Of a stretch of DNA of 64,000 bases, positions 31,205 through 41,015 are shown in pieces. The stretch covers positions 128,001 through 192,000 of the forward strand of contig CAWENF010000019.1 in the NCBI GenBank assembly GCA_963810275.1, written 5' to 3'. Each line of letters opens with the position of its first letter. The first letter of the stretch is position 1. The DNA comes from an uncultured archaeon (GTDB lineage Archaea; Thermoproteota; Bathyarchaeia; Bathyarchaeales; Bathycorpusculaceae). Below the pieces are notes generated by a model that was not told the DNA's origin, ran no database searches, and worked only from the letters and a program-made list of their open reading frames with translations. Both the position numbers and the translations under genes were made by a program.

Positions 31205-31717
31205 ATGCAAACTTCTAAACGCGGCGTCGGAATTGTACGAGGCAGAAACATCCAAGTTGGAGAAGGCTGTGCTATTTGGAACTATGTGGTTATCGGCGAC
31301 AACGCCAAAATAGGAGATGGCTGCATAATTGGCAGTTTTGTGGATCTTGGTAAAGATGTGGTTTTAGGCAGAAACTGCAACATACAGGCGCACGTAACCA
31401 TCTCTAACGGTTGCGTGCTTGGTGACAACGTCTTTATTGCTCCCAACAGCAGTCTTTTAAACGACAAGTACCCTAAAAGCAGCTTAATGACGCCCCCAAA
31501 AATCATGGATGGAGCAGCCATAGGCGGCGGAGTAACTATTCTGCCCAATGTTATAGTTGGGGAGAAAGCGGTCGTCGGCGGTGGAAGCGTAGTCGCTAAA
31601 AACGTGCCTGCCAGAACAGTCGTAGCGGGATGTCCAGCAAAAAAAGTTATGACGCTCGAAGAGTTTATGATAAAACGTGAAGATTTTTTAGCCGTGAAAC
31701 TGCGGGAACGGCAATGA
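31205..31717 (+). CDS. Hexapeptide-repeat N-acetyltransferase (WbpD/WlbB-like)
   Basis: Left-handed beta-helix repeats, NDKYP, VVAGCPAK. Confidence 0.85.
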   Translation: MQTSKRGVGIVRGRNIQVGEGCAIWNYVVIGDNAKIGDGCIIGSFVDLGKDVVLGRNCNIQAHVTISNGCVLGDNVFIAPNSSLLNDKYPKSSLMTPPKIMDGAAIGGGVTILPNVIVGEKAVVGGGSVVAKNVPARTVVAGCPAKKVMTLEEFMIKREDFLAVKLRERQ

Positions 31718-32694
31718 AGGTCTGGTATGATGCCTGCACGGGCAAACACACTCGCTACGGTTCAGCAATCGGCAAAAAAATCCGTGGGCTAGGACATGAA
31801 TTCATCTTAACAACCCGCGAGCATCCGGATACTTTGCCGCTTATGAAAATTCTGGGTGAGAAACCAGTGGTCGTTGGAAAATACGATCCAACAACCAACA
31901 CATCACGACTCAAAGAAAGTGCACAACGCATAATCGAATTTGCCGACTTATTTGCGAAAAAAGGCAAACCCGACATAGCCATAGCTCATCAATCAGTTGA
32001 GTTATGCAGAGTCGCCTTTGGGCTGAGAATACCTATCATTTTAACGGCTGACACACCACACGCTTTTGAGGTGAATAGGTTAACAATACCTTTTGCCCAC
32101 ACCATGGTCGTATCAGAGGGGCTGCCCAGGAGCTTCACGAAAACATATGCAGCCAAAAAAACCGTCACATTTAGGGGCATAGACGAAGCAGCATGGATAC
32201 AGGGATTCAAATCAGCCAAAGTAAAATCCAAAAAACCTCTAATTGTGCTACGACAAATCGAAACCAAAGCTTCCTATGCTATAGGTAAAACTGACAGCGC
32301 AAAAACCTTAAGCGAGAAACTCGCTGAACTTGGAGAAGTGCATGTGCTGGAACGTTACAACTTGACAGGCAGAGAATTCGCTGAGAAACCAGCCTTTGAG
32401 GACTCAGCCAGCCTCATAGCCAACGCCGCCTTAGTAATAAGCTATGGCGGAACAATCTCTCGCGAAGCTGCATTACAGGGTGTACCCAGCATCGCCGTAA
32501 GCGACATGGCTAAAACCCCCGTTAATCGCTACACAGCTAAACTGGGTTTCCCTCTCTTCATAACCTCAGAACAGAGGGTAATGGAACTTGCTAAGCGGTA
32601 CTTAGGAAAAAGGTTTGATGTTGCAGACAAGTTGGTAGCGATGGAAAACCCTGTAAAAGTCATTGCTGACATAGCAGATAAACTCGAAGCCTAA
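31714..32694 (+). CDS. DUF354-family GT-B fold protein
   Basis: VWYDACTGKH, RVAFGLRIP...DTPHA, GIDEAAW, GGTISREAALQGVPSI. Confidence 0.8.
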   Translation: MKVWYDACTGKHTRYGSAIGKKIRGLGHEFILTTREHPDTLPLMKILGEKPVVVGKYDPTTNTSRLKESAQRIIEFADLFAKKGKPDIAIAHQSVELCRVAFGLRIPIILTADTPHAFEVNRLTIPFAHTMVVSEGLPRSFTKTYAAKKTVTFRGIDEAAWIQGFKSAKVKSKKPLIVLRQIETKASYAIGKTDSAKTLSEKLAELGEVHVLERYNLTGREFAEKPAFEDSASLIANAALVISYGGTISREAALQGVPSIAVSDMAKTPVNRYTAKLGFPLFITSEQRVMELAKRYLGKRFDVADKLVAMENPVKVIADIADKLEA

Positions 32695-33479
32695 ACAGGC
32701 ACAACTTCGATATGATCACCAGAGTTCAAGCTGTATTTCTCTGCGAAGCTGCCTCGGTTAAGTGCTATCTCCAAAAAACCGCTGCTTCCAAAAAGTAACA
32801 CTTCCTCTTTGATTTTGGTTTCGGAGTACGTCTTTGTTAAAGGTAATTGAAGCGAGACATCGTGAAAAGCAATCGTAACGGACGTCGCTTCGTCTAAGTC
32901 TTTTCGGGTTAGGTTTGTGATTACGTTTCCGAAGCCGTCAACGTGAAGCACTTCACCGTTTAGGATGCTGTTTTTTGTTTCTACTTTGACGAATTTGGGG
33001 GTGACGGGGTCGGTGATTTCCTCGCCGAACATGCGGGGCTCAACGTCCAAGGACAGATGGGCTGCTGCCGGAGCGAAGATATCTCTGCCGTGGAAGGTAC
33101 TTGAAACATGTGGCATCATGAATTTTGGGTTCTCTAACTCGTAGATTTGCTCAATGCCTTGCGCTTGTGCTGCTAGCATCAAGACGCCATTGTCGGGACC
33201 CACAAAACATGCCCGTTTCGTCTGTACCACGATGGCTCGCCTGCTGGTTCCTACTCCCGGGTCCACCACTGCCACATGCACCACTTCATTTGGGAAATAG
33301 GGTGCAACTGAGGCAAGCATATATGCGCCCATACGTACGCTGAACTTGTCCAATTCATGAGCGATGTCGACAATTTGGGCATGAGAATTAATCGAAAGAA
33401 TAACGCCCTTCATTTCGGCAACATATGGATCTTTTAACCCAAAATCGGTGGTTAACGTTATCATGGGCTTAGCCGCCAT
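32691..33479 (-). CDS. SAM hydroxide adenosyltransferase (DUF62, chlorinase/fluorinase family)
   Basis: ITLTTDFG, VVDPGVGTSR, GPDNG, SSTFHGRDIFAP, DGFGNVITN. Confidence 0.92.
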   Translation of the reverse strand: MAAKPMITLTTDFGLKDPYVAEMKGVILSINSHAQIVDIAHELDKFSVRMGAYMLASVAPYFPNEVVHVAVVDPGVGTSRRAIVVQTKRACFVGPDNGVLMLAAQAQGIEQIYELENPKFMMPHVSSTFHGRDIFAPAAAHLSLDVEPRMFGEEITDPVTPKFVKVETKNSILNGEVLHVDGFGNVITNLTRKDLDEATSVTIAFHDVSLQLPLTKTYSETKIKEEVLLFGSSGFLEIALNRGSFAEKYSLNSGDHIEVVPV

Positions 33480-33753
33480 GGACTACAGGAACAAAAACAA
33501 CTTCATCACCATCGCAGACCGCCGTATCGTAGCCTTCCAGTACATTGATTTCTCTGCCGTTTAGTAGCACAAGCGAGTTTGAGCGTGAGTCGTTTAGTTC
33601 AGAATCGCAGAAAGTATGTTTTAACGCTGGAATTTCGGTACCCAATGCAAAAACCACATCTTTGACCGTGAAACCTTCGACGTAGTCTACTGTTAGCTCT
33701 TTTTTGCCTGACATATGTCGCAAGGCGCCGACCAACTTGATTTTAACAACCAT
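33469..33753 (-). CDS. Ubiquitin-like MoaD/ThiS/SAMP sulfur carrier
   Basis: Beta-grasp pattern LNGREI...DGDEVVFVPVVHGG ending in GG. Confidence 0.88.
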   Translation of the reverse strand: MVVKIKLVGALRHMSGKKELTVDYVEGFTVKDVVFALGTEIPALKHTFCDSELNDSRSNSLVLLNGREINVLEGYDTAVCDGDEVVFVPVVHGG

Positions 33754-33770
33754 GCTTATCCAAAGAATAG

Positions 33771-35153
33771 TTAGAGAACGATGATTAAAGATATATCGTT
33801 AACGTTTGTGCCTGTTTGCCCTGTGAAAATCAAATCGCCGAGGTGCCTAAAAAAGTGATAAGCGTCATTGTCAGCAAGGTAGTATTTGCCCTCTATATCC
33901 AAGGCGGCGGCATGTTTTAGTGTGGATTCGTCCGTGATTGCTCCAGCAGCGTCTGTTGGGCCGTCCACTCCATCTGTGTCCAAAGAAGCTACCACCACTG
34001 CGCAGTCGCCTTTTCTATGAAGCTTCAACGCCGCCGATAGAACAAGCTCTTGGTTTCTTCCACCAATACCTTTGCCAGTGACCTCCACAGTTGTTTCTCC
34101 CCCAATTAGAACCGCTGCAGGTTTGGACACGGGGTTGCCTGAAGTTTGGATTTCGTTGGCGATGGATGCGAGTTGTGTGCCGATGCATTTTGCTTCACCC
34201 TCCAAAGTGCATGACAACAGAATAGAGTTAATGCCGTGTGTTTTGAGGTACTGATGCGCCGCCGAGCTTGCTGTGCGATTGTTACCCACAACGAAAGTGT
34301 AAACTTTTCTGAAAGCCTCATCGTTTAGTTTTGGAGTCTCCGCTATGTGGCCCTGCTCGCCGTCAGAAATTATTTTCTTCACTGCTTCAGACACGTGATT
34401 CCATAGCGCATACTTTGACAGTACCATATGGGCGTCACTGAAAGTCGACGAGTCGGCTAATGAGGGGCCGGAAGCAATCACATCCAGTGGATCATTCACC
34501 ACATCAGATAGTATGAGGTTTAGGACTGTGGCGGGATAAGCGGTTTTAGCCAGCCAGCCGCCTTTGAAGCTGGAGAGGTGTTTGCGAACAGCGTTGACCT
34601 CGTTAATTGTTGCTCCGCTTTTGAGCAACCTTGAGGTGAGCTGTTGCTTGTCCTGAAGCGAGAGATTTTCTCTTGGGCAAACCATCAGGCTGGAGCCACC
34701 GCCGGAAATAAGGCAGATCACCAGGTCATCTGCTTCGGCTTTCTCCGCAATTTTAAGTATTTTTTTTGTGCCTTCTACACCTGACTCGTCGGGCAGCGGA
34801 TGTTTTGCTTCATGAAGCTCAATTATGCGAGTGGACGCTTCTGTGCCGTAGGGAACGTTAACTGTGCCCTCTGAGATGCGGTCGCCCATAACTTGCTCTA
34901 GCGCTTCAGCCATCGCCCCCGTCGCTTTGCCGCCACCCACAACGTACACATTCTGGACCTTGGTAAGGTCAAAGACGTGGTCGCCTACTATTAACAAGTC
35001 GCCTCTTTAGGCGAGTTTTTGGGTAACGATTTTTTTGGGGTCCACGGCGTTAACTGCGTATTCAAGGCAGTCAAGGGCTAGTTGGCGTGCTTTTTGGGTT
35101 AAGGAGTTTTCTCCTTTTTCAACCAGTTCAGTTTTGTTTTTTATTGCGACCAT
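33771..35153 (-). CDS. Glycerate 2-kinase (MOFRL family); in-frame TAA at 35007-35009
   Basis: GGGKA, HPLPD, ISGGGSSL, VRKHLS, GGETTV, GGRNQE, TDGVDG, TGTNVND; ATG at 35153 is in frame. Confidence 0.88.
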
Positions 35154-35298
35154 GGAGCAAACCTGTGTTGAGATTGCTTGTCTATTTTTAGGGTTGAGTG
35201 AATAAATGATTTTGCAGAAAAGAGGAGTTAACTTTCGCTAGGATAAAATGAAAGTGAAAAAAACAGAAGTTGTAAAACTAAAATGTCGGGTGAATAAA

Positions 35299-35679
35299 TT
35301 AGTTTAAGCTGTCGAGTTTTTCCTGTGTCAACGTTTCCACAATGTCAGTGGCAACGTTAACAATAGAATCCGCCTGCTTCATCATGACGTCTCCGTTAAC
35401 TTCCTCTATCTGATTAATCTGTTGCACGATAGTTTCTACTTCCATCAGAAACTTCAAAACAGAGTCGTTAGTTTGGGGGGTTTTGGCGATTTCTTCGCGG
35501 ATTAGCACTTCAATGAATGCAGGTTCACCTAAGCTATAGTAGATGGCGTTTCGAGCTTTTCGTATAGCTTCCAAAACCAGACTTGGCGCCATGTAAGGGA
35601 TTTTGCGTGCAGCTTCCAGTTCGGCTTTTGCTTCACGCAGGTATCTTAACGCCCAGCCTTTTCGGTACTCGTCCATCAT
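35299..35679 (-). CDS. Hypothetical helical protein, HEPN-like
   Basis: RYLREAKAELEAAR...EAIRKARNAIY resembles HEPN helices; 5 nt downstream of rps17e. Confidence 0.6.
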   Translation of the reverse strand: MMDEYRKGWALRYLREAKAELEAARKIPYMAPSLVLEAIRKARNAIYYSLGEPAFIEVLIREEIAKTPQTNDSVLKFLMEVETIVQQINQIEEVNGDVMMKQADSIVNVATDIVETLTQEKLDSLN

Positions 35680-35684
35680 GTCAT

Positions 35685-35909
35685 TTACTCGGCGATTTCT
35701 TCCTCTTCCATACCTGAACTGGTTTGAGCTAGTGCTTTGGTGCGGGTGATGTAGCCTGCGACTTTGTTGCGGACACGTGTGGTGGTGCCTCTGGTGACTT
35801 CGTCAACGGTACGTTTGTTTTCGTCGAAGTTCGTATTGAATTTGTCTGGAAAGCGTGTCATGAGGTCTTTGCCCAAGTGCTTTATCTGTTCAGTCTTTAC
35901 TTTTCCCAA
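35685..35909 (-). CDS. rps17e: 30S ribosomal protein S17e
   Basis: GKVKTEQIK...FNTNFDENKR...RVRNKVAGYITR; TTG start at 35909. Confidence 0.93.
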   Translation of the reverse strand: MGKVKTEQIKHLGKDLMTRFPDKFNTNFDENKRTVDEVTRGTTTRVRNKVAGYITRTKALAQTSSGMEEEEIAE

Positions 35910-36056
35910 TTTGTTTCCTCCAGTTTTAACGGGATAATTTTTCTCCGACACAAACAACGTCGAAGTAACTCAGAATAGAAGATAGGCGTAATTTAAGGTT
36001 GCGCTTCCGATATGTAAACCATTCAGGCTGCCCGTTAAAGGTGCCTAAAAAATTGG

Positions 36057-36830
36057 CTAGGGGAGTTTTATGTTAAAGAATGTTTCAAAGTTTTGGGCGA
36101 TTTGATTAGCCGTGTTCTCCATTGACAACTTTTTGATTTCTGCTATGGCGGCAACGACGTGGTGGATGTGGGAGGGTTTGGTAAGTTGTCCGCAGTAGGG
36201 TTTTTTGTAGTATTTCACGGGACCGTCTGTTTCGGTCATTATGTTGGTTATCGGGGTTTTGTCGATTACTTCTCGTATGCCGGCGGAGTAGGTGGCGGGT
36301 GGACCTTCAGTTATGTAGTAGCCGTTATCTAATGCTTTTGCCAAAGCCTCAAGAGGGTGGCTAAACCAGTGTAGGAGCACCTTGTTGAGACGATAGCTGG
36401 GCAACATTTCGACAACTTTGTCGGTTGTCCCCCTTGAGTGGATTATAACTGGCAAGTCTAACGATTCGGCTAAGTGAAGCATTTTGTCAAAAACCATCAT
36501 CTGCTGTTCCCATATCGTTGCGTACTTGTAGTCTAAGCCTATTTCACCTATGGCTTTCACGATTCCCCTTTGGGATTTGATATACTGGATAGTTTGGTCA
36601 AGTTCGTTCTCGGCGAGGTAGTTGACGTTCCATGGATGGATGCCTAGCGCGGGGTAGATTAGATCTGGGTAGTTTTTACTGATTTCGATGTCGTTTTGGC
36701 AGGTTTTGAGGTTCAAGGAGTTGGTGATCATTGCTGCAATGTCGGCTTGTTTTGCGTCTGCAACTAATTCAGGTATGTGTTCTTGGTATTCTGTGTCTGA
36801 GAAGTGGACGTGAGCGTCGATTAGTTTCAT
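36057..36830 (-). CDS. tatD: TatD-family hydrolase
   Basis: IDAHVH, GIHPW, IGEIGLD, IIHSR, LHWF, TETDGP. Confidence 0.92.
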   Translation of the reverse strand: MKLIDAHVHFSDTEYQEHIPELVADAKQADIAAMITNSLNLKTCQNDIEISKNYPDLIYPALGIHPWNVNYLAENELDQTIQYIKSQRGIVKAIGEIGLDYKYATIWEQQMMVFDKMLHLAESLDLPVIIHSRGTTDKVVEMLPSYRLNKVLLHWFSHPLEALAKALDNGYYITEGPPATYSAGIREVIDKTPITNIMTETDGPVKYYKKPYCGQLTKPSHIHHVVAAIAEIKKLSMENTANQIAQNFETFFNIKLP

Positions 36831-36967
36831 TTTTCTCGGGTTATATTTTGGGGTGGTGGTTTTAAAATTTTCTTGTCCTTGACAGACTTGAGGTGATTTG
36901 ACGTAAAAAACGATAACAAAGGTTAAATATAGCTTTAATTAGAAAAAGAAGCTGAAGAGATGTCGAA

Positions 36968-37189
36968 ATGACGGAATTAGAAATAGCTGTAGCTCCCATG
37001 CACAGATTATGCAAGAAAGCAGGCGCTGACAGAGTAAGCGAAGCAGCAGCAAAAGAACTCGCAAAGGCACTAGAAGAGATCGGCGTAAAGATCGCTAAAG
37101 AAGCACTAGACTTCGCGATGCATGCTGGAAGAAAAACTATCAAAGCGGAAGATATTGAGATAGCCGCGAAAAAAGTCATGGGAAAATAA
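36968..37189 (+). CDS. Archaeal histone (HMf-like)
   Basis: [19 protein letters not shown]...[15 protein letters not shown] histone fold. Confidence 0.93.
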   Translation: MTELEIAVAPMHRLCKKAGADRVSEAAAKELAKALEEIGVKIAKEALDFAMHAGRKTIKAEDIEIAAKKVMGK

Positions 37190-37378
37190 AAAAGAAGGTT
37201 AACAAACTTCACTATTTCCCTCTTTCTTCTTTTTTAAATACGCTCTTTTTGTTTTTGTTGCATTGTAAGAATTATCTGACTTAGACCTATTTTGAGGAGG
37301 GTTTTGGTAATATATCTGGCATACGCTCCTCTATCTGTAAATCTTAGGTTTGCTCTTCAGTTGAACTGAAGTTGGAGT

Positions 37379-38827
37379 TTAGCGTTTTTTGTTCTTCATA
37401 AAAAATTGTCCAACATACTCCCCGACACTTTTTCCCTCTTTCTTTGCCAAACGTTTTATGGCGTCGTTTACACCTGTCGAGTACTGCACCGCCTTCTTGG
37501 GTTTGTCGGATATCGCTGTCGGAACACTCATGTCGCGGGCGACTTGCCTGAGCACCAGCTTGCGGGCAGTGTCGGATTTCTCCTCGATTTTACACCCAAC
37601 CGGCAGCCCCAACGCATACTCTGCAACTTCAAAGCTGGCAAAGGGACACCGCAACTCGACATCAAAGCTTCCTGTAACCTTCAAATCCCTCTCAAGGTTA
37701 CTTGCATGAATGTTCACAACGTCTTCAAACATAGTGCGTCGTGCCTTCTCCGCCCCATCCCGCAGGCACTCTACTACGTAACGCTGGTATCCTCCAAACA
37801 GTTCGTCAGCGCCTTGACCCGCTAACATCACCCTGAATTTCCCTTCTGCTGCTTTTTGAGCCGCCCAATAGAATGGTACGCCAATCGCTGCTTTCACAGG
37901 GTCCGCCTCTTCAATTAGCTCCACCACCTTTGGAAGGACGGCTTGGACATCGCTGTCCTTGAAAAGGTGAATTTCCATAGGTAAATCCAAAGCTTCTGCC
38001 GCTTCGATGGCTTCCTCAGTTTCAGGTTGGTTTTCAAGGCTCACGTGCAAAAGCTGGACTTTCACGCCTAATTTCTTAGCAATGAACGCCACAACACTGC
38101 TGTCTAGGCCGCCTGAGAATGCGACCGCTACCTCTTTTTGGTCATTAATACGGCGCTTAACAGACTCAAAAAGCGACGCCTGCAGTTCATCGGCTGCTTC
38201 AATCAAGTTGATGCGTTTGGCGGGGGTGTAGCTGAGGGTTCGGACAGGTTTAAACTTGAATCCATCCTTGTCGGCAAATCCCAGCGTGCCCGGCGGAAAT
38301 GATACTGGCCCTTCTATGCCCAGACGCCACAGGGCGGTGCAGTTGGTGGCGACTGCCGCGATGTCGGTGGTTTCGCCGTAGTAGAGGGGCTGCACTCCTA
38401 TTGGGTCTCTGCCTGCTGCCAGCCAGCTATCCTTTAGTATCATGAACTGGTAGTCGCCGTCTGCTTGCTCAATGATAGTTTGTAGTGCGTTTTCGCAGTG
38501 AGAGGGCTCCTTTGCGAGCTGCTCTGTGAGGGCGGCTTTGGGTACGGGCTTGTATATCCTGCCTTCCAAGAGTGCGGTGGCGTTGTCGAGTTGCAGAAAA
38601 TCATACCCACTAGACATTATGGGACGCGAGCTGATGCATCCGATCATGACCGAGGAGTCGATCCCCTGCCTATTTAGTACTCCCAGACTCTTCTCCGAAA
38701 TCGTTTTTTGCGACGTTGAGATGGCGAAGTGGGAAACCTGCTCATAATCAAAGCTTTGAAGCAAATCTAAAACGCGATTAACCACGTTGTCTTGGTGTTT
38801 ATCGAACAATGCCAAGGAAACTTTCAA
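37379..38827 (-). CDS. Asparagine synthetase B-like amidotransferase lacking the N-terminal Cys
   Basis: RDPIGVQPLYY, AFSGGLDSS, GQGADELFGGY, ELRCPF, KKAVQYSTG; the likely TTG start gives MKVSLAL with no Cys1. Confidence 0.82.
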   Translation of the reverse strand: MKVSLALFDKHQDNVVNRVLDLLQSFDYEQVSHFAISTSQKTISEKSLGVLNRQGIDSSVMIGCISSRPIMSSGYDFLQLDNATALLEGRIYKPVPKAALTEQLAKEPSHCENALQTIIEQADGDYQFMILKDSWLAAGRDPIGVQPLYYGETTDIAAVATNCTALWRLGIEGPVSFPPGTLGFADKDGFKFKPVRTLSYTPAKRINLIEAADELQASLFESVKRRINDQKEVAVAFSGGLDSSVVAFIAKKLGVKVQLLHVSLENQPETEEAIEAAEALDLPMEIHLFKDSDVQAVLPKVVELIEEADPVKAAIGVPFYWAAQKAAEGKFRVMLAGQGADELFGGYQRYVVECLRDGAEKARRTMFEDVVNIHASNLERDLKVTGSFDVELRCPFASFEVAEYALGLPVGCKIEEKSDTARKLVLRQVARDMSVPTAISDKPKKAVQYSTGVNDAIKRLAKKEGKSVGEYVGQFFMKNKKR

Positions 38828-38969
38828 ACTGTAACACGTCCTCATAAGAATGGGTTTAGGTGAGAGATTAATTTTCTGTGTAACATTCACTTCTTAAATA
38901 AAATTAGGTTGGGTTTAACGCAATGTTATAACCGAGGAACCGATACCTCAAACGGTTTAGGTACATAAA

Positions 38970-39598
38970 ATGTTTAAACTGCAGTTGACTCCTCCCCCAC
39001 AGTCAGCCAAACCTAAAAGCCACGTAAAAGTCTCAACCGTTATCCCCGTCATTATCCTAATAGTCTGTGTCGTAGGTGCACTCTATTTATCTGTGGATTC
39101 TTCAGCGACTCCGGCATAAACCCTAACAATGAAATCACAGACGGCGGGAACAACGGCATTCTAACTCCAACAAGAGACATTGAAGGCACGTGGACAAGCA
39201 CCTTTGTAACTCAGTTTAAAATCGCAACCGATTACCAAAACTTTGGAACATTAGAAGATGTGGGCTCAGAACTCCGTACTATGACTTGGAAAATATACTC
39301 AACTACAGACGAAAATCGAGTTCTTGTAGACATTACCTTCACTTACTCCAACCGAACCCTGATTTCTGAGTCAGGCTACACCCCTGATGTCACATTCAAA
39401 CAACTTACAGGCATAATCAACGGCACCCAAATTACCCTCCTACAAGGTGACCAAGGACCAATCGAGCAATACGGCTCAGTGGGCGAATTCACTTTCACCA
39501 CCAGCCAGATACAGGGCACCTGGCATGACCACTGGGAAGGAGTGTACGAACAAAACGTCTATACAGCAGTTAACGGCTTGAAGCTGATGAAGCAGTAG
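38970..39598 (+). CDS. Membrane-anchored secreted beta-rich protein (frameshift near 39092)
   Basis: ATG at 38970 gives a TM segment VIPVIILIVCVVGALYL; the second frame continues RDIEGTWTSTF...QIQGTWHDHW. Confidence 0.55.
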
Positions 39599-39677
39599 CC
39601 GAATTTGCGGTTCCTTCTTTTCTTCACAAAACATTAATCTTTAGTTGCCGATACCTTCTGCTTGAGGAACCAGACAC

Positions 39678-41015
39678 TTGCCAATCTTACCAATAGATAC
39701 AGGCAGATACGGAACGCCTGAAATGCTCTCGATTTTCCAGGAAGAGAACCGCGTACAGAAACTCTTAGATGTCGAAGCAGCACTTGCTTTGGCGCATGCG
39801 GAAGTCGGTAACATCTCACTAAAAGACGCCGAGGCAATCGCTGAGAAAGCCTCCACCAAGTACGTCAAGGTTGAACGTGTTAAATCGATCGAGAAGGAAA
39901 TCAAGCACGACATCGCCAGTCTTGTCCGCGCCCTCAGCGAGCAGTGCGGCGAAAGCGGCGCATACGTTCATCTGGGCGCAACCAGCTACGATATCGTGGA
40001 CACGGCAAACGCTCTGCAGCTAAAAGACGCTATTGCCGTTCTGGAGAGCCGCCTTAAAGAATTCAAATGTATATTGCAAAAACAGGCGGACACCCATAAA
40101 GCCACCGTTATGATTGGCAGAACCCACGGTCAACATGCCCTTCCCATCACGCTCGGTTTTAAGTTCGCTGTTTGGGGTTACGAAGTCAATCGCCACATAG
40201 AGCGGCTGGACGAATGTAAAAAACGTGTGGTTGCAGGCAAAGTCAGCGGCGCCGTCGGAACACAGGCGGGTCTAGGCGAACACTCAACCGAAATTCAGCT
40301 TCTGGTTATGAAGCGGTTGGGCATCCCCGCAGCAGAAATCTCTACGCAAATCGTGCAGAGAGACCGCTACGCCGAGTTAATTTCCATTTACGCTATGCTT
40401 GCATCGTCGCTAGAGAACTTCGCAACCGAAATCAGAGAGCTTCAGCGCCCCGAAATCGCCGAAGTCTTCGAATCCTTCGAGGCAAAAAAACAGGTTGGCA
40501 GTTCAACTATGCCACACAAGCAGAACCCCGAAACCTGCGAGCGTGTTTGTGGTTTAGCCCGAATCGTCCGCAGTCTCAGTACTCCAGCTTTGGAGGACAT
40601 GGTGACTTGGCACGAACGCGACTTAACCCAATCGTCAGCCGAACGTTTTATTCTACCTGAATCCTCAATCACACTCGACTACATCCTGAGCCTCATGGTA
40701 AATATAGTTGCCAACCTAAGAGTCGACAAAGAGCGAATGCTTCGCAACATGTCCGCCACTAAAGGTCGTGCAATGTCGGAATCCGTTATGATGACGCTAG
40801 TTAAGAAGGGCGTGAACCGACAGGAAGCCCACGAGCTGCTCAGGCAACTCACAATCAAGAGTGCTGTTGAGAAGAAGTCGTTTAAGCAGACGCTGCAGGA
40901 AGACAAACTTGTGGCAAAGACTCTGTCGGAAGCTGAAGTTGACGCGGCGCTTAACCCAGAGAACTACTTGGGCACCGCCGTCGCTCAGGCGGAACGCTTC
41001 GCAAAGGGTGCTTAG
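39678..41015 (+). CDS. purB: Adenylosuccinate lyase
   Basis: HLGATSYDI, GRTHGQHA, GSSTMPHKQNP, HERDLT. Confidence 0.95.
   Translation: MPILPIDTGRYGTPEMLSIFQEENRVQKLLDVEAALALAHAEVGNISLKDAEAIAEKASTKYVKVERVKSIEKEIKHDIASLVRALSEQCGESGAYVHLGATSYDIVDTANALQLKDAIAVLESRLKEFKCILQKQADTHKATVMIGRTHGQHALPITLGFKFAVWGYEVNRHIERLDECKKRVVAGKVSGAVGTQAGLGEHSTEIQLLVMKRLGIPAAEISTQIVQRDRYAELISIYAMLASSLENFATEIRELQRPEIAEVFESFEAKKQVGSSTMPHKQNPETCERVCGLARIVRSLSTPALEDMVTWHERDLTQSSAERFILPESSITLDYILSLMVNIVANLRVDKERMLRNMSATKGRAMSESVMMTLVKKGVNRQEAHELLRQLTIKSAVEKKSFKQTLQEDKLVAKTLSEAEVDAALNPENYLGTAVAQAERFAKGA

Noticed and set aside
35007-35009. In-frame stop in glycerate kinase as possible recoding
   Set aside because: The codon is TAA, which is not used for Sec or Pyl; a base-call error is more likely.
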